Of a stretch of 64,000 nt of DNA, positions 54,988 through 64,000 are shown one piece after another (positions within the stretch are counted from its first letter, which is position 1; the number at the start of each line of letters is the position of its first letter). Position numbers and translations under genes: made by a program. The DNA lies in IMG/VR virus record IMGVR_UViG_3300023184_000025, positions 248,001 through 312,000 of that record. One strand, 5' to 3'. The notes beneath the pieces were generated by a model, which saw nothing but the letters and a program-made list of their open reading frames with translations, ran no database searches and was not told where the DNA came from.

Positions 54988-56076
54988 TTATATAACTTTA
55001 TCAGCGGTATTAACTAGGTCGTCAAACTGTTTAATTTGCCATTGATGCTTTTTGGCAAGATTGAGAATATTATCAACATTATTGCAAGCTAATTTTATTA
55101 AATTTTGATGATTGTGTTTGATATCGTTAATTAAATCATTCTCCAAGGCACCGATGTTATTAACTAAAAATTCCACGTTTTCAACAATTGCATTTAATCG
55201 TTGTTCGTGGTCAAGTATGTTGTCATATTTGATAGGCAAATATTCTTCAAAGGTTTTGAATCCCATAATTGATAGTTGTTTGAGTACTCCGGGAATTCCA
55301 GCAATTATAAAAGCATGATTATTTAATATTGGAATCCAGGTTTTTTCTGTGAAAAAAACAGCATCAACCGAATTTGTATTATTAAAAATAGTTTCGGGCA
55401 CAATTGAAAAACCTGTGTTATCATAAAGTTTAACGTCGTAAGGTACCGGAAGAAAAAAATAAGAGTAACCAAACGGTTTAAATTTAACACTATCTGGTTG
55501 ACGTTGATATTTGTTTGTAAAATCAATGTATTCGTCAACTGTTATTTCAGGCACAGTTGAATGTTCTTGATTAATTTTATCTTTAATTGGATAAAACGAC
55601 CATATGCTGTTTTCTAACAAATTCTTTTGTTGTAACTTATATAGCAATCGAGTTCTGTTGAGTTTAGATGGTTTGCCGGTCAAGAATAAAAATGTATTTT
55701 TTACATTGGGTATTTTTTTAAAATCGCATAGTTTTTTAACTACAACTTCGTTGTAGATTCTTACTAAAAAATAATCTATTAGTAGAACATCATCAACAGC
55801 TGGATCCAACAGGTCTTGGTAATAAGGTTGATACCAGGAATCAAGTATAACAAAAATTCTTCCTTTCAATTTTCTCTTTGCTGTTTGCACTAGCGTTTTA
55901 TACCCTTGTCTCCAGTTAGTAGACATTTTATAATAAGGTACTTCCCATACACTAGCTAAAATAGTATCACAGTCTGTGTTGTACTCTTTAAGAAAATTTT
56001 CAGCCTGCTCAACGGAAAAAGTATCTCCTTGGAAGATATATTCTTCACATCTGATAACTTGAAACTTATTGTTCAT
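54988..56076 (-). CDS. Glycosyltransferase-like protein (GT10-like paralog)
   Basis: FLFLTGK..R, SIVPET..FFTEKTWIPILNNHAF..GFKTF..YD. Confidence 0.55.
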   Translation of the reverse strand: MNNKFQVIRCEEYIFQGDTFSVEQAENFLKEYNTDCDTILASVWEVPYYKMSTNWRQGYKTLVQTAKRKLKGRIFVILDSWYQPYYQDLLDPAVDDVLLIDYFLVRIYNEVVVKKLCDFKKIPNVKNTFLFLTGKPSKLNRTRLLYKLQQKNLLENSIWSFYPIKDKINQEHSTVPEITVDEYIDFTNKYQRQPDSVKFKPFGYSYFFLPVPYDVKLYDNTGFSIVPETIFNNTNSVDAVFFTEKTWIPILNNHAFIIAGIPGVLKQLSIMGFKTFEEYLPIKYDNILDHEQRLNAIVENVEFLVNNIGALENDLINDIKHNHQNLIKLACNNVDNILNLAKKHQWQIKQFDDLVNTADKVI

Positions 56077-56094
56077 ACTCTATTTAAACTTGTT

Positions 56095-56119
56095 AAAAAG
56101 CCCGGTTGCCCGGGCTTTT
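56095..56119 (-). terminator. Intrinsic terminator after groEL
   Basis: aaaagcccgg..ccgggctttt. Confidence 0.88.
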
Positions 56120-56122
56120 AGA

Positions 56123-58041
<1,919 letters not shown>

Positions 58042-58151
58042 ATTTTTCTCCTTTAAAGTAAGCAAGATTTTATTCATGACCCGCGAACGGCATCACGAAT
58101 CAATATTTATAATTCGTTATTTTATACTATACAAAAAATATTTGCAACCAA

Positions 58152-58508
58152 TTAGGTAAAAGATAACTCAGCTGTGATTTTGTGCAAGCGATCAAATCTG
58201 AAACTACGCCATTCTTCTTTTTCCAAGTCATATACACGCACAACATCCTCTGTGGGTTCTTTGCGTTCTTTCTTGGGAAGTGCCGATTCTGTTACAGCTT
58301 CCCATTTGATTAAGTCATTATTAAGAGTACATTTCATTTGTCGAATTGTACCATCAGCTTTGACAAACTCAATGCTGACAGAGCCTGCTTGTAGTAAGCC
58401 ACGTACCCAATCTCGTATGACAATTTTCTGCGTGTCATCTGCTTCTTGATATTGTGTGCCTGGCGCACTTTTAAGAAGACGAACCATTTCTTGTTTAGAC
58501 CAATCCAT
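58152..58508 (-). CDS. WYL-like/SH3 beta-barrel phage protein
   Basis: FVKADGTIRQMKCTL..VYDLEKEEWRSFR. Confidence 0.75.
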   Translation of the reverse strand: MDWSKQEMVRLLKSAPGTQYQEADDTQKIVIRDWVRGLLQAGSVSIEFVKADGTIRQMKCTLNNDLIKWEAVTESALPKKERKEPTEDVVRVYDLEKEEWRSFRFDRLHKITAELSFT

Positions 58509-58515
58509 AATTACC

Positions 58516-58740
58516 TCACTTGTGTTTTAATGCAAACCAACTGGCAGTTGCATTGTTATAAAAGAAAAAAATTGTATATTTAGGGTTCATTTGATGTCCA
58601 TTTATTGCATCAAACTTGGGAGGATAATATTGAAAGTCAAAGTCTGAACCTTGCCGAAGACCGCTGTCTCTCAACTCTTGTACTATTTCCATAACACGAG
58701 TTGGGTTGTGTCCTTCGAGCGTTACTTCAATCATGCCCAC
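58516..58740 (-). CDS. Hypothetical phage protein (F.F...A..F.LK family)
   Basis: C-terminal IFFFYNNATASWFALKH. Confidence 0.65.
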   Translation of the reverse strand: MGMIEVTLEGHNPTRVMEIVQELRDSGLRQGSDFDFQYYPPKFDAINGHQMNPKYTIFFFYNNATASWFALKHK

Positions 58741-58949
58741 CTCAGTAAGAACAATGTTAACATTTTTTCATCTCTAAACTCAAATACACCTTCTCCAATG
58801 AATCTCCAACCATCTATTGCAGTATTTCCAAATTGTTCTTTGCACCATTCTATACATGGCGTCCAGCCCACATACACATGTTTAGAAACACTACCGTTTA
58901 CAGGAGGCATAATACTGGCCACATACCACCCTGATAAACTGTTAATCAT
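58731..58949 (-). CDS. Hypothetical phage protein (WC..FG..W..FEFRD..F.LRW family)
   Basis: Start likely 58949; family motif. Confidence 0.65.
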   Translation of the reverse strand: MINSLSGWYVASIMPPVNGSVSKHVYVGWTPCIEWCKEQFGNTAIDGWRFIGEGVFEFRDEKMLTLFLLRWA

Positions 58950-59493
58950 CTTCCCATTCAACAGGTGCCCATCCAAGTTTACGTAGATCTTCCCGGATCT
59001 CTTGGGTGACCACACCTTCGGGCACATAGTCACGTCCGTCTGGATCAGTAGTGGGCTCATAATGATCTAAACCAAAACCGGATTCTTTGTTACCAATGCC
59101 AGAACAGTACCAATCAATGTAATCGCCTTTTTCCTGCATGTCAGCAACAATGCCTCCGCTGTGCCGCCAACTGCAACTCCAACGTTGGTTTTTTAAGATA
59201 GGCCAGGTTTCCAATTTTTGAAACTGCATGTTGCACATGGCCGCATACAAGTTCTGTGCATAATTGTCGCTGGCTTTTACTTTGTCACAGATCCATTCAG
59301 TGCCACGGAGATCGTATTCCATATTGTCTTTTTGCCATTCTGGATCTGCAACATTAGCTTCATCCTGCTCACGCCAAGTTTTATACATTTCTATATAGTC
59401 AGGATTGGGCAACTTGCCTTGTTCCTCACAGCGTTTAACATATCCTTCCTTTTGAAAGGTATGTCGTTCTGGACTGCTGTTTATCTTGGTCAT
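58942..59493 (-). CDS. Hypothetical phage protein (YAQNLYAAMCN, WSCSWR, GDYIDWYCSG)
   Basis: Coupled ORF. Confidence 0.75.
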   Translation of the reverse strand: MTKINSSPERHTFQKEGYVKRCEEQGKLPNPDYIEMYKTWREQDEANVADPEWQKDNMEYDLRGTEWICDKVKASDNYAQNLYAAMCNMQFQKLETWPILKNQRWSCSWRHSGGIVADMQEKGDYIDWYCSGIGNKESGFGLDHYEPTTDPDGRDYVPEGVVTQEIREDLRKLGWAPVEWEDD

Positions 59494-59735
59494 TGTAGTT
59501 TTCTTGTGGATTCTTCGTCAAAACTGTTTAACAGTTTTTCTGCCAACGCAGGATCTTCTTCCATGAGTTCTTCAAAGTCAACAGGACGACTTTGTTCTGC
59601 TAATTCTTCTGGTGTTAGATTAGAAAACATCTCAATAAGCTCTTTCTGCAGAGCATCAAGTTCTTCTTGTGTTCCATCAAAATCATCAAATGCACCAGGT
59701 GCAAACTCTACTTTTGATTTCTGCGAATTAGTCAT
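59490..59735 (-). CDS. Acidic hypothetical protein
   Basis: RBS, coupled. Confidence 0.7.
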   Translation of the reverse strand: MTNSQKSKVEFAPGAFDDFDGTQEELDALQKELIEMFSNLTPEELAEQSRPVDFEELMEEDPALAEKLLNSFDEESTRKLQ

Positions 59736-59750
59736 TGTGAATCCTTGTTA

Positions 59751-59825
59751 TGGTCCGGCCTACAGGAATCGAACCTGTATTGATAGCTTAGAAGGCTACT
59801 GTTCTATCCATTGAACTAAGGCCAG
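59751..59825 (-). tRNA. tRNA-Arg(TCT)
   Basis: Cloverleaf. Confidence 0.92.
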
Positions 59826-59830
59826 GTTGT

Positions 59831-59916
59831 TGGTGCGACTGGCCGGAATCGAACCGGCACGCCATTACAGCGAGAGATTTTAAGTCTCTTGTGTCTACCT
59901 ATTTCACCACAGTCGC
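59831..59916 (-). tRNA. tRNA-Leu(TAA)
   Basis: Long V-arm. Confidence 0.93.
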
Positions 59917-59917
59917 T

Positions 59918-59992
59918 TGGTGGGCCCACTTGGAATTGAACCAAGACTCGACCGATTATGAGTCGGTTGCTTTACCATTAAGCTATAAGCCC
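59918..59992 (-). tRNA. tRNA-Ile2(CAT, lysidine type)
   Basis: GGGC acceptor, loop ctCATaa. Confidence 0.8.
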
Positions 59993-60008
59993 AGTACGAG
60001 TAATTATA

Positions 60009-60545
60009 CTAAAATTTGTTTTCAACTTCGTTCAACTTGTGTTGCGCAATGGCTTCTGTGAGTGCTTGCACAACAAACTGATTGAATGTTACATCTTGCT
60101 CATGTGCAAGTTTCATGTATTTTAACAGCTCTTCATCACTAAAGTCAAGTGGCACTTGCACACGAGTATCATACACCTCGCCTGCCTTGATAGCCAAACA
60201 CTTCTGAATAAAGTCGTCATCCACTTCTAGATCCACATAGTCAACATTGTCCCAGGCTTGGTTCAGCATTTCGCCGCGAGTCTTGGCTTCTTTGTTGTAC
60301 TTTTTAACATAGTCAGAATTGATCATGCGATATGCACGATTGTTTGTGTAGTCGCAGACTGCCACTTCATAGACCTTTTGACTCTTAGTGCTGAATACAA
60401 CATTGAAACTCCAACCGCCTTCATCGTGAACACCGTTCCAGCTACTCAACTGATAACTATTTGATCCGTAACAGTTCCAACCAAAATCACCACCTTCGGT
60501 GATTTTATAGTCAACTAATTCCATCCATTCTTTCATTGTGATCAT
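60009..60545 (-). CDS. Hypothetical protein with C-terminal ribbon-helix-helix-like segment
   Basis: AGGAG RBS; LAHEQDVTFNQFVVQAL. Confidence 0.7.
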   Translation of the reverse strand: MITMKEWMELVDYKITEGGDFGWNCYGSNSYQLSSWNGVHDEGGWSFNVVFSTKSQKVYEVAVCDYTNNRAYRMINSDYVKKYNKEAKTRGEMLNQAWDNVDYVDLEVDDDFIQKCLAIKAGEVYDTRVQVPLDFSDEELLKYMKLAHEQDVTFNQFVVQALTEAIAQHKLNEVENKF

Positions 60546-60579
60546 ATGATATACTCCTGATTAGATACTAATTATACAC

Positions 60580-60732
60580 TTATACAATTTTAAAGTCAAC
60601 GGCACAACAACATGTTTGATGTTTTTCACGTCGTTGGTATGCCGTTTTCAATTCTTCTTTGCGCATGCGATATTTTGGTGTGCGCAAATCTTTGGCAACA
60701 AGGTTTTTGGGTTTGAGTTGTTTAATTTTCAT
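60580..60732 (-). CDS. 50-aa ArfA-like basic peptide (not in ORF track)
   Basis: KNLVAKDLRTPKYRMR..AYQRREKH. Confidence 0.55.
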   Translation of the reverse strand: MKIKQLKPKNLVAKDLRTPKYRMRKEELKTAYQRREKHQTCCCAVDFKIV

Positions 60733-60741
60733 ACTGCACCA

Positions 60742-61083
60742 TTAAAAGTTAACTCCACGAACATCAGTATTTAAGTTGGGCTTCATGCTACGGATCAAAT
60801 CACGTTCAAAATTGTGAGCTTCTGTCTTGCCACGTACCACAGCCATCACACGAACAGTGAATGTGTCAGTACCACGCTCACGCATGGTCTCGTACAACAT
60901 CCAGGATTTGTCTTCTGAACGCATACGATAAACGTGTTTGTTGCAACGAACCAACACACTTTTCTTAACAGTACTCATTGTTTTAGCTGTGACACCAATG
61001 TAGAAGTCTGTACCGCTTTCAATCATATAAATGATGTGAGTGCGGTCTGTACGCTTTTTACGGGTTACTGTTTTTGTGTTCAT
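60742..61083 (-). CDS. GIY-YIG-like endonuclease
   Basis: IYMI..FYIGVT..R..H..E..LN; start 61083 behind promoter 61090-61118. Confidence 0.7.
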   Translation of the reverse strand: MNTKTVTRKKRTDRTHIIYMIESGTDFYIGVTAKTMSTVKKSVLVRCNKHVYRMRSEDKSWMLYETMRERGTDTFTVRVMAVVRGKTEAHNFERDLIRSMKPNLNTDVRGVNF

Positions 61084-61089
61084 GTATAT

Positions 61090-61146
61090 ATTATAGCAAA
61101 ATGGGCATTTCCAGTCAACCAAAACCAGTGTTGTTTTTATACAACA
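61090..61146 (-). promoter_or_regulatory. Promoter TTGACT-17-TATAAT with upstream TGTTG-N8-CAACA
   Basis: Direct motif matches. Confidence 0.75.
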
Positions 61147-61264
61147 TGCTGGAATATACACTGGATTAAGCTGGATTAATATTAGATAATCCAATAATAT
61201 TATCGGGGATTATTGATAATATTAACTCTATATTCACTTATTATAGCAAAATGGTAATTATTGG

Positions 61265-61624
61265 TCAACCTGAATAATTATCGAGAAACTTTTGTAAATC
61301 CCCGTACAAAGTTGCCAGCATTGCTTCTTTACTGGAAAACATAACTATTTGTTTATTTTTTAAATCAATATAATAAGGAAAAGTCAACTTACGATCTAAC
61401 GCCAGTAATCCTTTCTTATTGAGATTTTTTTTAATCTCAATTGCAACAGTCCAACTTTCAATTTCTAAAAATTGAAAAGCCTTATATCCGTTGTCAGTGA
61501 GCCTTAACCCACCACTGGATCGGATATTGCAGTACCAAGTTTTAAGTGCTTTTTCTGTGGTTACAGACAATGAATTGGGTAACAATTCAACTAACGTTTG
61601 CGTTAGTTCATTTTTGTTTACCAT
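61265..61624 (-). CDS. Hypothetical phage protein (GGLRLTD.G, PYY)
   Basis: Coupled ORF. Confidence 0.7.
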   Translation of the reverse strand: MVNKNELTQTLVELLPNSLSVTTEKALKTWYCNIRSSGGLRLTDNGYKAFQFLEIESWTVAIEIKKNLNKKGLLALDRKLTFPYYIDLKNKQIVMFSSKEAMLATLYGDLQKFLDNYSG

Positions 61625-61910
61625 CTGGAAAAATCTGGGGGCCTTGCTTTAACAACACCACTGAGAATTTGTCAGTCTTAAATTGTGTGTTAAGTTTTTT
61701 TGCTAGATTAATTGCATGACCGCTATTGGAAAAACTAACCTTCTTGTACTTTGGACCGGGGTATTGAACTAGCATGTTTGATGTTTTAAGATTGATAGGT
61801 AGCCCGTCAAAGAACACAGCCCAGATCCCTTCAGCCGCAAGTACCTGCTCAGTCTTGTAATTGACTTTGTTGGTTAGTTCTACTAGAACTTTAGGTTTTG
61901 GTCTGCTCAT
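61608..61910 (-). CDS. Hypothetical basic phage protein (MSRPKP.., KYKKVSFSN.GHA)
   Basis: AGGAG RBS. Confidence 0.75.
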   Translation of the reverse strand: MSRPKPKVLVELTNKVNYKTEQVLAAEGIWAVFFDGLPINLKTSNMLVQYPGPKYKKVSFSNSGHAINLAKKLNTQFKTDKFSVVLLKQGPQIFPDGKQK

Positions 61911-61963
61911 TGTTAAACTCCTACTTTTATTTATCCCGTTATGTAGGTAGTTTTTAGGTAGTT

Positions 61964-62170
61964 TTAGAATGAGCCGCCGGCGACCTCAATGCTGGTTATA
62001 GGTTCTACAGGGGTTGCAGTAGACTGTTCACGTAGTACTTGAAGACTTAACAATAATTTTGTAATATCCCCATGCAAGTCTCTGGCTTCGTTGACAGTCA
62101 TGATCAAGTCACGTTGACTTCTGCTTTCTGCTGCCTTGACTCGATCAATGAATTTGTTGATGTGTAACAT
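61964..62170 (-). CDS. Hypothetical phage protein
   Basis: Coupled ORF. Confidence 0.65.
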   Translation of the reverse strand: MLHINKFIDRVKAAESRSQRDLIMTVNEARDLHGDITKLLLSLQVLREQSTATPVEPITSIEVAGGSF

Positions 62171-62535
62171 TATGTTCTTTTTAGATAAGGTGCTAGATTA
62201 GGAGGAGTCCACCCCACTGGCTTTAACACCTTACCATCTTCACGTTTGCGCACCTTGCCAGTTAACCGGTCAATTTTAGCAAAGTTTGTTGACATAACTT
62301 GTTTCCAAGCGCCTTCACCGTCGAACCCAGCAGATTGAATAGCACCAATGGTAACAACTAAAATATCAATTAATGCATCCAGTGCTTCAGCATCATCAGC
62401 AATGCCTGCTTTGAGCTCGTTGTATTCTTCGTCGATTAGATCTAAATACATTGTGTATTGATCGTTATTGCGTACACCCACTGTTTGGTCGCAGGCTCGC
62501 ATGAATTTTTCTTGATCTCTAAACGGATTTGTCAC
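62170..62535 (-). CDS. MazG-like NTP pyrophosphohydrolase
   Basis: IDEEYNEL, DALIDILVV, TNFAK, REDGKVLKP; GTG start 62535. Confidence 0.85.
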   Translation of the reverse strand: MTNPFRDQEKFMRACDQTVGVRNNDQYTMYLDLIDEEYNELKAGIADDAEALDALIDILVVTIGAIQSAGFDGEGAWKQVMSTNFAKIDRLTGKVRKREDGKVLKPVGWTPPNLAPYLKRT

Positions 62536-62965
62536 AGGCTTCTTCCTCGGTATAAAATGGTCCAGTGTATGAATAACGCTGAAGTGTAATAAGTTTTGGA
62601 CATTGCACAACATCCCAGACTCGTCCTGTCTTTAGCCGATACCATCCTGCGGCAAACCACGACTTGGATTTTTCTTCCTGTGTCCAAATGGGTAGTTGGC
62701 GCTTGACATCAAAAATTGGATTATATGGATGGTCTGTGGTTGGATATCCATGTACTTGGTTAGGTTCAGGTACAGATCTTTGTTTAATAGGTTCAAAGTC
62801 AATGCCAATACGTTGTTGCACCATACTCAGTGTTTTAAAACACGTGGTTAGATCTTTTATTTTAACAGAAAATCCGTCAGGTCCAGATTCAATGTTACCA
62901 ATCTTACGATCGTTTTCTTTCAAGATCCAATATTGATTTGGAATAACTGCTTTAGCTATGATCAT
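62519..62965 (-). CDS. Hypothetical phage protein
   Basis: Coupled ORF. Confidence 0.7.
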   Translation of the reverse strand: MIIAKAVIPNQYWILKENDRKIGNIESGPDGFSVKIKDLTTCFKTLSMVQQRIGIDFEPIKQRSVPEPNQVHGYPTTDHPYNPIFDVKRQLPIWTQEEKSKSWFAAGWYRLKTGRVWDVVQCPKLITLQRYSYTGPFYTEEEACDKSV

Positions 62966-63959
62966 TTAATACTCCTTGATATGTTGCGTTTAGCCAGCGA
63001 GCAAACTGTTCGGGGTTTTCGCTGATACGACTGAGCTCGTACTTGCCACAAAACTTCATAAATCTGACACCAACTTGTCCAATGTCTCGATGGCTGATCT
63101 GTTCATGTATTGCTTGATCAACTTGTTGTTTAATTTCTTCTGGCTGTTCGCCAAGATCAATCAAATGTCGATTGCGTTCGTAGTCATCTAACACACGATG
63201 TTCTAGACCGTTGTGGTCTGTCCAACGCTGAAGCATCATATTATTCCAAGCATATCCTTTTTTATTCATATCTTCGAATGCTTCTTGTAGGCCAATTTTA
63301 TTTTTAGTTCCTTTAAGGCGTACCCCAGGATAGGCACTAAAAACATTATCGGATGTATCACCACGCATACATTTTTCAAATAGAAGCCATTTTGGATTTG
63401 GAATAGTTTTAGGTTGTTTTGTTTTTTTATCAATTACAGGTTTACCTTTGGCATCAAATATGCCATTGATTGTAAGTAGCTCATCAGTTATGCCATTGTA
63501 CTGTTGCACATTGTTGGCCAGTAACTGCACAAAATCTGTGTCACTCGAAATAATAATATGATTGTCTTGTGGGTGCAGAGCAGTCCAACGTGCAATTACA
63601 TCATCTGCTTCTGCATTGGGTTGTCGGATTACTGAACAGTTTGTTTGCTCTAGCAAATATTTAGTCAGATTATCATAGGTTTCCCAGAACAATTTGTCTT
63701 CTTCTTGCTCTTTTTCTGACATGGCCGCACGTGATTCTGCACGGTTTGCTTTGTAGGGCTTGTAAAAATCCTTACGCCAGCTACGACCTTCGAGTGCAAA
63801 TACCACATGGTCTGCATTAAATTGTCGTGCTACTTTGTTAATTGACGCCAGCGTAATGTGCAATGCATATCCAATTTTTTCCCAAGCATCCTCTGCCCTG
63901 TAGGCCACATGCCTAGCACGAAAAAACATGTTAGAAGTATCGATTAAAAGATATTGCAT
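62952..63959 (-). CDS. rnh: 5'-3' exonuclease / T4-type RNase H (FEN family)
   Basis: LIDTSN, WRK..YKANR, EADD, SSDTDF.QL, GDTSDNV. Confidence 0.92.
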   Translation of the reverse strand: MQYLLIDTSNMFFRARHVAYRAEDAWEKIGYALHITLASINKVARQFNADHVVFALEGRSWRKDFYKPYKANRAESRAAMSEKEQEEDKLFWETYDNLTKYLLEQTNCSVIRQPNAEADDVIARWTALHPQDNHIIISSDTDFVQLLANNVQQYNGITDELLTINGIFDAKGKPVIDKKTKQPKTIPNPKWLLFEKCMRGDTSDNVFSAYPGVRLKGTKNKIGLQEAFEDMNKKGYAWNNMMLQRWTDHNGLEHRVLDDYERNRHLIDLGEQPEEIKQQVDQAIHEQISHRDIGQVGVRFMKFCGKYELSRISENPEQFARWLNATYQGVLNDHS

Positions 63960-64000
63960 GTTGACTCAAATCAAATGGTTACTAATAACATATTGTAGCA

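Overview
This window is from a large (T4-like or jumbo) tailed-phage genome. The host is most likely a betaproteobacterium, inferred from the host-type GroEL/ES, RpoZ, Bug/TctC, PbpG and the tmRNA tag ANDEQFALAA. 1-29 kb is an unusually rich tailoring-enzyme island. It holds 7 radical SAM enzymes (one DesII-like, flanked by two DegT aminotransferases and an NDP-sugar epimerase/dehydratase), a carbamoyltransferase with two unannotated 33-aa paralogous peptides, an aryl-CoA ligase, a flavin halogenase-like protein, an amidinotransferase, and GT-, SGNH- and sulfotransferase-like proteins. 29-43 kb holds thyX, a MoxR/vWA pair, small early genes behind near-consensus sigma70 promoters, envelope proteins, and a permuted two-piece tmRNA next to an HNH gene. 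43-60 kb holds rpoZ, 28 tRNAs covering all 20 amino acids, several long-stem-closed candidate ncRNAs and groEL/groES. The most striking unannotated signal is two short leader ORFs (52676-52780 and 50782-50913). Each carries an antiterminator that competes with a downstream intrinsic terminator, and each has a codon content matching the tRNA block it precedes. I read these as candidate ribosome-stalling attenuators that switch on phage tRNA genes when charged tRNA is scarce. All calls were made by eye; no searches or folding programs were run.
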